Of a DNA stretch of 64,000 bases, positions 47,969 through 57,027 are shown in pieces. The position numbers and the translations under genes are program-made. The number at the start of each line of letters is the position of its first letter. Position 1 is the stretch's first letter. The stretch is from an uncultured Ignavibacteriales bacterium (GTDB lineage: Bacteria > Zixibacteria > MSB-5A5 > GN15 > FEB-12): positions 124,001 through 188,000 of the forward strand of contig CAYXJN010000004.1 of assembly GCA_964464605.1 (NCBI GenBank), in the 5' to 3' direction. Under the pieces are notes generated by a model. That model did no database searches, had not been told where the DNA came from, and saw only the letters and a program-made list of their open reading frames with translations.

Positions 47969-48736
47969 GTGGCACAAACAAGTTCGCAATCGAGCGCCGA
48001 AACGAGTCGTTCCGAAAAACCGAAATACAAAGATTCGGTTTGGGACAATTTCAAACAGATCATGGCCGCTGTCCTTCTGGCTATTTTTATCAAGACCTCA
48101 ATCGTCGAAGCATACAAAATCCCTTCCCAGTCGATGGAAGATACCCTTTTGGTCGGTGATTTCCTGTTGGCGAATAAATTCATTTATGGCGCCCGGCTTC
48201 CTTTGGTAGACTGGCGACTTCCGTCGATTCGTGACCCGAAGCAGGGGGATGTCGTTATTTTCATTTTCCCGCGTGACGGCGTAACCAAATACATTAAGCG
48301 CTGTGTGGCAGTAGCTGGAGATACGGTATTGATTGCCGACAAGCAGTTGTTCGTAAACGGGAAACCGTTTGTGAATCCACCGGATGCCAAATTCATCGAC
48401 ACCACCAATTCCGGTAAGCAGAACATCCAGCCCCGGTTACCCGGAGGGCTTGACAGTCGGGATAATTTTGGCCCCTACGTCGTCCCGCAAAACAGCTATT
48501 TCATGATGGGGGATAACAGGGATAATTCCTATGACTCCCGTTATTGGGGAGTAGTCAGCAAGGACTTAATATTAGGGGAGGCAATGGCGATACATTGGTC
48601 ATGGGATGATGAAGCAGCTCCTTCGCCGCCGGTGACGCTCGACGACCCGATGTCGGTCCCTAAGTTATTCGTGTTCAATATGGTGCACTTTTTTGAGAAA
48701 GTGCGCTGGAACCGGCTGGCATCGGTGATTTCCTGA
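47969..48736 (+). CDS. lepB: Signal peptidase I
   Basis: IPSQSM, YIKRC, MMGDNRDNS.DSRYWG. Confidence 0.95.
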   Translation: MAQTSSQSSAETSRSEKPKYKDSVWDNFKQIMAAVLLAIFIKTSIVEAYKIPSQSMEDTLLVGDFLLANKFIYGARLPLVDWRLPSIRDPKQGDVVIFIFPRDGVTKYIKRCVAVAGDTVLIADKQLFVNGKPFVNPPDAKFIDTTNSGKQNIQPRLPGGLDSRDNFGPYVVPQNSYFMMGDNRDNSYDSRYWGVVSKDLILGEAMAIHWSWDDEAAPSPPVTLDDPMSVPKLFVFNMVHFFEKVRWNRLASVIS

Positions 48737-48821
48737 ACCTGAAGTGCGGTTTTGGGTATAACTGGTTCAGGACAAATTCGATAGTAAGAGTATAGTCGAT
48801 ACACTAAGGAGAAAAGAGAAC

Positions 48822-49583
48822 ATGCAGGCACGTAGTAAGGCAGTTGTCGCACTTGCGGCAGTCGTGCTGGCGGCGCAATCTGTGCTGGCTATCCCGCAGA
48901 TAAAGCTGTCAGAAACTGAATTCAATTTCGGTAAGTTCTACCAGAATTCAAAAGTCTCCCACACCTTCTGGATCAAGTCAACCGGCAGCGACACGCTGAA
49001 AATCGTACAGGTTGTGCCGGGTTGCGGCTGTACGCAGATGCCGCTTAAGGATTCGACACTGGCTCCCGGTGACAGCACCGAACTGGAAATCGTGTTCTCA
49101 TCCCGCTCTATGCGCGGCAATATCACCAAAGCCCCGTATATCAAGACCAACGTTGGTGATGAAATGACCTACTTGAAAATTTACTCGGAAGTGTTCGCGG
49201 AAGATCTTCCGGATTCACTTCTGGGGGTAACACCGGTTCGTCTTGATGTGTCACAATTCGGTGAAGCCCCGGTTCGCAAAAAAGCGAGCTTTACGCTTGA
49301 AAACAAACAAGCCAAAGAAGTGAACCTCGAAATGGTCGCTTATCCGAAAGACCTGTTCAAAGTCAACCTGCCCAAGAAACTCGCCGCCGGCGCTAAGGTG
49401 CAGGTAGATGTCGAAATTATCGACTCGGCTATCAAGAAAGAATTCGAAAAGTGCGTTACCTTTGAAGTGGTCAGCGCCGATGGTCGTGCGCGTTATAGCG
49501 TACCGGTCCGTCGTATGTACCGTGCCAATGAGGATGCCGCCCATGCCGCCTCAGGCACCGAAAAGACCGGTGACGGCCACTAA
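48822..49583 (+). CDS. Secreted DUF1573 (Ig-like) protein
   Basis: FNFG...LKI..V.PGCGCT...LAPG motif; signal peptide. Confidence 0.82.
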   Translation: MQARSKAVVALAAVVLAAQSVLAIPQIKLSETEFNFGKFYQNSKVSHTFWIKSTGSDTLKIVQVVPGCGCTQMPLKDSTLAPGDSTELEIVFSSRSMRGNITKAPYIKTNVGDEMTYLKIYSEVFAEDLPDSLLGVTPVRLDVSQFGEAPVRKKASFTLENKQAKEVNLEMVAYPKDLFKVNLPKKLAAGAKVQVDVEIIDSAIKKEFEKCVTFEVVSADGRARYSVPVRRMYRANEDAAHAASGTEKTGDGH

Positions 49584-49607
49584 GCGATCACCGAAATTCT
49601 GATTTTT

Positions 49608-49647
49608 AAACCCGTCTCTTGCGGAAAAAAGAGACGGGTTTTCTTTT
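49608..49647 (+). terminator. Intrinsic terminator
   Basis: AAACCCGTCTCTT-loop-AAGAGACGGGTTT followed by T tract. Confidence 0.85.
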
Positions 49648-49687
49648 GATTGCAAAGCGATGGGGAATAGGCTACATATACGACCGT

Positions 49688-50305
49688 ATGTATCGACTAA
49701 CAGCCGGTAATATCACCAAGCGATTTGGCGCACGCACGGTTTTGAAAGATGTTTCACTGACACTCATGCAGGGGGAATCGGCAGCTATAGTCGGACCGAA
49801 CGGATCGGGCAAGAGTACGCTATTACTAACGCTTTTGCAGCAGTATCGCCCGGATAGCGGTACCGTTTCGTACTGGCAGCAAGAGACCGCTATCGACTCA
49901 GACACGTTTCGGCGGCATTCTGCGCTCGTTGCGCCGTACTTTCAAATGTACCGTGAACTCACTGCTGAAGAAAACGTGCAATTCTTTCTCTCTATCAGCG
50001 GCTGCGCTGCCACAGGGAAAGAAATCAGTGTCGCGTTTGAACGGGTTGGGCTGGCGGGCAGGGGAAATGACCAGATACGCACCTATTCCTCCGGAATGCT
50101 TCAGCGATTACGACTGGCACATGCCATTCTCAAAAAGCCGGTCTTTCTTTTTCTCGATGAACCCTTTGTTAATTTGGATGTCTCCGGAAAACAAATTGCG
50201 GCATCACTCATTACCGAGTGGAAACCGAATTCGGTCATCATAATTGCCACCAACGAAACAGAAGAGCAGGCGCTTGCCGAACGAACAATCGACATTATCC
50301 GCTAA
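49688..50305 (+). CDS. ccmA: Cytochrome c maturation ABC ATPase
   Basis: GPNGSGKS, YSSGM.QR, LDEP; ccmBCDE context. Confidence 0.88.
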   Translation: MYRLTAGNITKRFGARTVLKDVSLTLMQGESAAIVGPNGSGKSTLLLTLLQQYRPDSGTVSYWQQETAIDSDTFRRHSALVAPYFQMYRELTAEENVQFFLSISGCAATGKEISVAFERVGLAGRGNDQIRTYSSGMLQRLRLAHAILKKPVFLFLDEPFVNLDVSGKQIAASLITEWKPNSVIIIATNETEEQALAERTIDIIR

Positions 50306-50957
50306 ACTGTTTGCCATTGCGGCAAAAGATGTCAAGCTGGAGTTTCGCTCCCGTGTTGCCGTCAGTACGCTTTTCCTGTTTGGCGTAGCGACCGTCACGC
50401 TTGTCTCCTTTTCCATTGGCGGCGCGGAGCTTTCACCTGAGATTGCCGCAGCATTGTACTGGACCATCATCTTCTTTTCTGCGGTCACCAGTTTATCGCA
50501 TATTATGGTAAAGGAGCAGGAGAGCGGAACGCTTTTGGGATTGAAGGTTGCCGTTTCCGGAACGCCGGTCTATTTGGGAAAACTGATCGTTAATTTCCTT
50601 TTGTTATCATTGCTCATCCTGCTTTTGACGCCGCTCTTTTTTATCTTTCTTGATATTTCCGTTGAAGCGGTCGTCTTATTCGGTTTGCTGGTTTTGCTCG
50701 GTGATATGGCGTTGTGCACAGGGACAACACTGGTTGCGGCTATCATCGCTCATGCGACTTCGCGCGGTGCCCTGTTTGCTGTTTTATCATTTCCCATACT
50801 TATCCCGCCGCTTTTGGTGTTAGTCGTCGCGACAACGAAATTGTTTGCCGGCGACGGCTGGGCGGATGTTTCTTATGCCGTGCAGTTTTTGTTCTCGTAC
50901 GCAGTCGTGATGGGATACGGTTCGACATTGTTGTTCCGTTTCGTGTGGGAGGAATAG
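50274..50957 (+). CDS. ccmB: Heme exporter protein B (start approximate)
   Basis: KDVKLEFRSR, EQESGTL, VLSFPILIP; six TM segments. Confidence 0.88.
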   Translation: MPNEQSTLSAKLFAIAAKDVKLEFRSRVAVSTLFLFGVATVTLVSFSIGGAELSPEIAAALYWTIIFFSAVTSLSHIMVKEQESGTLLGLKVAVSGTPVYLGKLIVNFLLLSLLILLLTPLFFIFLDISVEAVVLFGLLVLLGDMALCTGTTLVAAIIAHATSRGALFAVLSFPILIPPLLVLVVATTKLFAGDGWADVSYAVQFLFSYAVVMGYGSTLLFRFVWEE

Positions 50958-51033
50958 CCGGTGTGTAAGAAATCGAAATTACTTGCGTTTTACCGGTTAG
51001 GGTCTATCTTATTTCGCAGGATTACGTAAGCGA

Positions 51034-51699
51034 ATGTGGTGGAAATTACTCCTGTTTATATTAATGTCTGGGATGATTGTTGCCAGTTTTCTTACTCCCG
51101 CGCCGCAGCAAATCATCGGTGAATCAAGCCGCATTTTCTATTATCATATTCCGCAGGCGTGGCTCTGTGTCGTCGCGTTTACTATGTCGATGGTCTTCTC
51201 TATTCGGTATTTGCGTTCCCGCGATCTTCGTGAAGATGACAAAGCGCTGGCCGCCGCCAAGCTCGGATTTCTTTTCTGCGTACTGGCAACCGTTACCGGT
51301 TCTATTTTCGCCCGTGTTGCCTGGGGATCATTCTGGAACTGGGATCCGCGGGAAACGTCGATATTCATTCTCCTGTTAATCTATGGCGCCTATTTAGCCC
51401 TGCGGGGAGCGGTGGAAGATGAACCGAAACGGGCAGCGTTGGCCGCGGTATACAGCATTTTCGCTTTTTTGACCGTACCGTTTCTGGTGTTTGTGGTGCC
51501 GCGGGTGCTGCCATCCCTGCATCCGGCAGACTCGGTGATCGATAAGGACTTAAAATTCACGATGTCACCGATAGTCCGTACGATTTTCTTCACTTCTTTG
51601 TTCTGTTATACCGTATTATTTATATGGCTGTTTTCACTGACGACACGCATCGACCGGATCCGGCGTGACCGTTTGCAGAAGGAGTATGCGCGCGTATGA
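51034..51699 (+). CDS. ccmC: Heme exporter protein C
   Basis: YYHIP, WGSFWNWDPRET WWD domain, SLHP. Confidence 0.92.
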   Translation: MWWKLLLFILMSGMIVASFLTPAPQQIIGESSRIFYYHIPQAWLCVVAFTMSMVFSIRYLRSRDLREDDKALAAAKLGFLFCVLATVTGSIFARVAWGSFWNWDPRETSIFILLLIYGAYLALRGAVEDEPKRAALAAVYSIFAFLTVPFLVFVVPRVLPSLHPADSVIDKDLKFTMSPIVRTIFFTSLFCYTVLFIWLFSLTTRIDRIRRDRLQKEYARV

Positions 51700-51809
51700 A
51701 CGGAAATTATGTCGCACTGGCTGTTGCATTGGCGATATGGATAGGGTTATTTTGGTATATGAAACGACTGGACAAAAAAGTCAGCGACCTTGAACGGAGA
51801 GACCGATGA
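51696..51809 (+). CDS. ccmD: CcmD small membrane protein (37 aa, not in ORF track)
   Basis: MNGNYVALAVALAIWIGLFWYMKRLDKKVSDLERRDR; ATGA overlaps with both ccmC and ccmE. Confidence 0.85.
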   Translation: MNGNYVALAVALAIWIGLFWYMKRLDKKVSDLERRDR

Positions 51810-52249
51810 ACGCAAAATATATTATCGGCGGTGCTATTGTCATTGCTTTCATGGCCTGGGGGGCGTCATCGTTTTTGGAAACCGCCGTTCGTTATGTTCC
51901 GATTGCCGAGGCAAAAGGGACAACCAGTCAGGTGCAGGTGATGGGTGAGATTGATTTTTCTTCTGTTGTATATGACACCTCCGGAAACAACCTCCGCTTC
52001 ACTATCCGTGAACTGCCGGAAGAAGGAAAACCAGTTTCACTGGAAGTGCTTCCTATTGTGTATCACGGCGTGGTGCCCGGTAATTTCGACCAGGCCAAGT
52101 CGGTTGTTGTACGCGGAAAATTCGATGGTGCTTCGTTTCATGCCGATAAAATGCTGGTAAAGTGTCCATCCAAATATCAGGGGAAGGATGGGGAATACCA
52201 GGATATGGAAAAGCATAACGAAGCTATCAAAGAGGCTGAAGGCGCCTGA
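51806..52249 (+). CDS. ccmE: Heme chaperone CcmE (CxxxY variant)
   Basis: Y.GVVPGNF, VVVRG, KCPSKY. Confidence 0.9.
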   Translation: MNAKYIIGGAIVIAFMAWGASSFLETAVRYVPIAEAKGTTSQVQVMGEIDFSSVVYDTSGNNLRFTIRELPEEGKPVSLEVLPIVYHGVVPGNFDQAKSVVVRGKFDGASFHADKMLVKCPSKYQGKDGEYQDMEKHNEAIKEAEGA

Positions 52250-52297
52250 TTTTCTCGTTCTGTTCTGTTTTGACGCTTTTCTGCCGATTACATCTGT

Positions 52298-53146
52298 ATG
52301 AACGTATTCAGCATTCGTTGTTCCTGTTTCCTGTTTCTTTTTTGTTTTCTCCCCAATTGCCTGTTTGCAGAACCGGTTTTGTTTGACCCGTCACGGGGAA
52401 TTGTAGAAGTGCCGGTAACGATAAACGGAGCGGTAACCGGGAAATTCGGTATCGACACCGGCGCCGACCGCCTGTACGTCGATAAAACCTTCGCCACTAA
52501 GAATAACTTACCGATTCGAAAACGGACTGAACGAGTTGTGGTCGGTATCGACGGTAAGAGTGAAACCTCGGCCATAGATTTACGCTCGTTCGAGTTCGCG
52601 GATAATTCCCTGCATGATATCACCGGCACCGTAATCGATATGGGCGCACTAATCAAAGACAAACGATTCGGGCATCCGGATGGGCTTATCGGCTACGAGC
52701 TTTTGCAACGCTGCTATGTGACCGTCGATTACCATAACAAGCTGCTTAATTTGCAGATGGAAGAGCCGGACTTTTTGGAAGAAAAATCGTTCGCGACGAT
52801 TCCTTTCGACATTCGCTACCATTTCATTTTAGTCAACGCGCTGCTGAATGATTCGGTCGAAGCACGTTTTATTTTGGATTATTGCGCATCGTTTACGACA
52901 ATCACGCAGGAAATCGCCGATGCACTCGGTCTTGATCCAAAAGCGCCAAATGGTAATGTTATCGAAACATTTTCTGTCGATGATAAACTGACCTCTTCGA
53001 ATGTCCGTGTGTTAGTCAGTGATTTGTCGAATCTCAAAAAGCGGGTTGGAGAAATCGATATCGACGGGATGCTCGGCGCCAACATGCTGTTTCGTCATAA
53101 GATAACCGTCGATTACAAACGGGAACGGCTTTACATTCATTTCTGA
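52298..53146 (+). CDS. Secreted two-domain retropepsin-like aspartyl protease
   Basis: FGIDTGA...DGLIG and FILDYCA...DGMLG repeats. Confidence 0.8.
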   Translation: MNVFSIRCSCFLFLFCFLPNCLFAEPVLFDPSRGIVEVPVTINGAVTGKFGIDTGADRLYVDKTFATKNNLPIRKRTERVVVGIDGKSETSAIDLRSFEFADNSLHDITGTVIDMGALIKDKRFGHPDGLIGYELLQRCYVTVDYHNKLLNLQMEEPDFLEEKSFATIPFDIRYHFILVNALLNDSVEARFILDYCASFTTITQEIADALGLDPKAPNGNVIETFSVDDKLTSSNVRVLVSDLSNLKKRVGEIDIDGMLGANMLFRHKITVDYKRERLYIHF

Positions 53147-53194
53147 TTTCTTTTTCTGTTGACAATTTTTCTGAAAATCATCAATCTTAGTTCA

Positions 53195-53355
53195 ACATTG
53201 TTGCGGTGCCGCTTGTGGTAAGCGGAGAATTGGGAAGTACGGTGCAAGTCCGTCGCAGCCCCGCTACTGTAACAGCTACTCGATACACAAAGGCCACCCG
53301 AACGGGGAAGGCGTGTATCGGGGTCGGATGCTGAAGCCAGGAAACCAGCCGTGAC
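53195..53355 (+). ncRNA. Cobalamin riboswitch
   Basis: GGTGC...GGGAA..CGGTGCAAGTCCG..GC.GCCCCGCTACTGTAA...GCCAC...GGGAAGG...AAGCCAGGAAACC B12-box pattern; upstream of a TonB receptor; TTGACA at 53159. Confidence 0.92.
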
Positions 53356-53429
53356 CGAATCGTTTTCAGGTGCCGTCAGCGTGGGCTGATTGTGTAAAGA
53401 GTTACGCCGATGGCCTAAGGAGTTTTGCC

Positions 53430-55778
53430 ATGTGGCGTTTTTTATTGCGCCACGAGGCGTTACTTCTGTCGGACGCGCGGGTTGTTCGGCGAAAGTTCAC
53501 GCTTCTTTCGTTTGTCATCGTTTTATGCTGCGGATTTGCAGGCCATAGCTCCGCCCAAACAGTGCAGCAATTGCAGGGAGTGGTCGAGGATGCCGTCTCG
53601 CATCTCCCGATTGTTACTGCTTCCGTTCGCATTCTGAATACCTCCTATCAAACAGATGTTGACCAATTCGGCCGCTTCACGTTTGTGAATCTGCCGGTTG
53701 GTACGTATGACATAATTATTGCCGCATTCGGATACCGGCCGGATACGATCTCTGCCGTTACTATCACCGCCGACCAACCGGTCACGATCTCAATTTCTCT
53801 TGCTCCTGAACCATATGAACTCCCTGCTATCACGATTACCGATTCTGTTCCGTATCGGACTCCTGACGGCCGAACGATTTTGTCGAAGGAGTATATTCGT
53901 CAATCCAACGCAACGACATTGACGCAGCTTTTGACGACAGTGCCCGGCATATATGTACAGGAGGCCGGCCCGCAGCAGGTAACGGTAAGCATACGAGGCG
54001 GTGAAAAACGGCATGTTGTCGTGCTGCTTGACGGGCACAAGCTCAATACATCGGGAGATAACATCGCCAATCTATCAAACATTCCCCTTTCGCAGATTGA
54101 ACGAATCGAAATTGTACCTGGCGGCAGTTCCGCAGAATCCGGTTCCGGTGCGATTGCAGGGGTGATTAATATTATTACGCACCCGGATGTGCTTTCATCA
54201 ACCGGGAATCTTTCCTTCAAGCGGGGGTGGGGAAGTTGGGAGAAAGCATGGTATGAAGCGAATCTGCAGAACCCGGTCCTCCTTTCGAATATCTCCTATC
54301 ATTTCACGTATTCGCATCAGGGAAGTGTCGGGGATTTTCCGTTCAACTATCAGGTTGCTCCGCGACCGACGGTCTATTCCGGCTCACGAATTAACAACGG
54401 ATTGTTGGCTGATAACTATTTCCTCAATGCCGAAATGGCGCTTTCGAAAATGATAACCGCGCTATTGAGCGGCCAGTACTACGATGCCGAAAGCGGTTTA
54501 CCGGGACGAGCTTCAGCGCAAAACGATCAGGCAACCCGAATAGACAAACGGCGCATTTTCGGAGTGCAATTCACGACCACTTTCAATCAGCGCGTATTGT
54601 TGAATACTTCATTGAGCGGCTCACGACTTAAACAGCATTTTATAAATCGTGAAAATGGGTTAAGCGGATTTGAAACAAAATACATCAATGACCTCTATCG
54701 CGTTTCCTCGACGCTGCAATTTCGTCCTTTTTCCTATTCGCAATGGCAGTCGGGTATTGAAGCGCAGGGGGATGAAATCAACGGAGAGGATATTATGCGT
54801 CCCGCCTATGGTTTCGGCAAAGCCCATCGAACCGCCGTTGCCTGGTTTGTCTCCGCGCGACATGCTTTTCCGTTAGGGCTGTTCGCGCAGCTGCATCCGC
54901 TGACTGTCGATGCCGCCATCCGCTATGACCACGCGCAAACCGGCAACGGTGAATTGTTTTCATCCAACGATGGCGACAGCGCACATACGACAAGGCAGTG
55001 GTCGCCGAAAGTCGGCGCCGGAATCGGTGTCGGCTCAAAACTTTCTATGACGCTGTACGGCAGTTATGGCCGTTCATTCAGTTTGCCGGATTTGTATTCA
55101 CTGTTTTGGAAAGGGGATGTCCGCTCGCAGGGGAATCCGTACTTGCGGCCGGAAAAAGCGGAGCATTCCGAAGCGACACTTCGTGTCGGGTTCGAACACC
55201 ACTTGTTTACGACGAATGTCAGTTATTCCTATTTTCATTCTTCGATCGATGGTCTGATTTTGTGGGTGGCGGGATTTGCCGATGTCTGGCGGCCGGAGAA
55301 TATCGCCGGGGCACGAATTACCGGGACTGAAAAATCTGCGGAAATTCATCTGTATGATAATCTGCTGCAATTATCTGTTTCCAACACCGACATTCTGCCG
55401 CTCAACCGCACCCCCGGTCTGAACAGCTATAACAAAGATTTAACTTACCGTCCCCGTTCGATCACCAAAGCATCGGCTCGTATCAGTTGGTTTGGGTTGT
55501 ATGCTTCGTATGCGATCCGCTGGGTAGATAAAAGCTATGCCCTCCCCAGCAACACCCGCTGGTATGAGGCATATCGGATTGATGATTTAGGCTTGGGGGG
55601 AGAGAAGTTGATAGCGAAGCAGTGGGGTATCCGTGTCGATGCGCGGATCGATAATCTGCGCGACCAATCTTATGTGTTAGTGCAGCATTTTCCGATGCCC
55701 GGCAGGGAATGGCAAATCATGGTTGGTATCGACTATCTCATCAATCAACGGTCAACAAAGCAATCAACAAATAAGTAA
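53430..55778 (+). CDS. TonB-dependent receptor, BtuB-like, with N-terminal carboxypeptidase-regulatory-like domain (start approximate)
   Basis: Plug motif IERIEIV.G..S...GSGAIAGVINIIT, GNPYLRPE, PMPGR; under a B12 riboswitch. Confidence 0.88.
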   Translation: MWRFLLRHEALLLSDARVVRRKFTLLSFVIVLCCGFAGHSSAQTVQQLQGVVEDAVSHLPIVTASVRILNTSYQTDVDQFGRFTFVNLPVGTYDIIIAAFGYRPDTISAVTITADQPVTISISLAPEPYELPAITITDSVPYRTPDGRTILSKEYIRQSNATTLTQLLTTVPGIYVQEAGPQQVTVSIRGGEKRHVVVLLDGHKLNTSGDNIANLSNIPLSQIERIEIVPGGSSAESGSGAIAGVINIITHPDVLSSTGNLSFKRGWGSWEKAWYEANLQNPVLLSNISYHFTYSHQGSVGDFPFNYQVAPRPTVYSGSRINNGLLADNYFLNAEMALSKMITALLSGQYYDAESGLPGRASAQNDQATRIDKRRIFGVQFTTTFNQRVLLNTSLSGSRLKQHFINRENGLSGFETKYINDLYRVSSTLQFRPFSYSQWQSGIEAQGDEINGEDIMRPAYGFGKAHRTAVAWFVSARHAFPLGLFAQLHPLTVDAAIRYDHAQTGNGELFSSNDGDSAHTTRQWSPKVGAGIGVGSKLSMTLYGSYGRSFSLPDLYSLFWKGDVRSQGNPYLRPEKAEHSEATLRVGFEHHLFTTNVSYSYFHSSIDGLILWVAGFADVWRPENIAGARITGTEKSAEIHLYDNLLQLSVSNTDILPLNRTPGLNSYNKDLTYRPRSITKASARISWFGLYASYAIRWVDKSYALPSNTRWYEAYRIDDLGLGGEKLIAKQWGIRVDARIDNLRDQSYVLVQHFPMPGREWQIMVGIDYLINQRSTKQSTNK

Positions 55779-55801
55779 TTCATACCGCTCAGGAGTAACC
55801 T

Positions 55802-57022
55802 ATGAAAAAAACAGTAACCATTCGCTTAGCAATGCTGTTGCTGCTATTGTCAGTACAGCATGTAGCAGCCGTTCCCTATGCTTATGTGGCAAACTCTTCA
55901 GGAGAAACGCTTTCGAAAATCAATCTGCAAACGAATGCGGTTACCAATAACATTCTGCCGCTCGGCTCGGACATTCAGTCGTATGCCAATCAGATTGCGG
56001 TTGTCGATACGATGGCGTATGTCGTCTGTTCCGGTACGAATGAAGTGCAGGTAATCAATTTGAAAACGGAAACGACGGTCGGTTTTATTCCATTCCCGCT
56101 TGGGAGCAACCCCTACTACATGACCGTCTACAACCGTCAGTATGCGTTCGTGACTAATTTAGTCGGCAACAGCATTGCGACCTTGGATTTAACCACCAAC
56201 ACGATAGCCGATGTCGACTCGGTTGGCGTAGCGCCGTCTGGGCTGGCGATTCACAATCATAAAGTCTGGGTAGTACTCAGCAATTATGATTTCAATACGT
56301 TCTCAACCCAAGATGGATTTGTTGCCGTCTGCTCACCGCTAAACGATACTAATTATACTGTTATTCCAGTCGGTCACAATCCGCAGTTTATCGCAATCGA
56401 TAAGTACAACGTTGCACATGTTGTCTGTACCGGAGACTACGGCGCGATTACCGGGATGGTCTATCGTATCAACGCGCTTACCTACACCGTTATCGACTCG
56501 ATTCCGGTCGGCGGTGCGCCGGGAAGTATTGCGATTTCAACCGATGGTATCGCCTATATTGCCGGTGGGGGATGGGTTACGAGCGGGTATGTTTACAGCT
56601 ATAATGCGATTAGTGGAACGGTGTACCATGACGATTCCAATCCGCTCGCGGTTGCAATAGGCGCGACTGCGTTGATGCCGTATCATGACAGCACTGTGTT
56701 CATGGTGAGTTTCAACGATGTTATCGACCGGATCGATTCCTCCGGTGCCTTGATTCAGGGGTATGGCGTCGGTGATGGGCCGATTGGGCTTGATATTAAT
56801 TATATGCCCGGCGATGTGAACGGGGATTTTGCCGTTTCGATTGCCGATTTGACGTACATGGTAAGTTGGTTGTTCAATGCAGGACCGATCCCGGTCTATC
56901 CGAAATGGCGCGCTAATGTCACCGGAGATTACACGACAACCATCGCCGATCTCACGTATATAGTGCAATACCTGTTTAACGGTGGACCGAAACCAAAATT
57001 TGGCGCACCCTGGGTGCAGTAG
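55802..57022 (+). CDS. YncE/BtuG-like beta-propeller with C-terminal dockerin-like repeats
   Basis: AYVANS..TLSKI, IPVG.NP repeats; GDVNGD..SIADLTYMVSWLF and ADLTYIVQYLFNGG. Confidence 0.8.
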   Translation: MKKTVTIRLAMLLLLLSVQHVAAVPYAYVANSSGETLSKINLQTNAVTNNILPLGSDIQSYANQIAVVDTMAYVVCSGTNEVQVINLKTETTVGFIPFPLGSNPYYMTVYNRQYAFVTNLVGNSIATLDLTTNTIADVDSVGVAPSGLAIHNHKVWVVLSNYDFNTFSTQDGFVAVCSPLNDTNYTVIPVGHNPQFIAIDKYNVAHVVCTGDYGAITGMVYRINALTYTVIDSIPVGGAPGSIAISTDGIAYIAGGGWVTSGYVYSYNAISGTVYHDDSNPLAVAIGATALMPYHDSTVFMVSFNDVIDRIDSSGALIQGYGVGDGPIGLDINYMPGDVNGDFAVSIADLTYMVSWLFNAGPIPVYPKWRANVTGDYTTTIADLTYIVQYLFNGGPKPKFGAPWVQ

Positions 57023-57027
57023 AAAAG

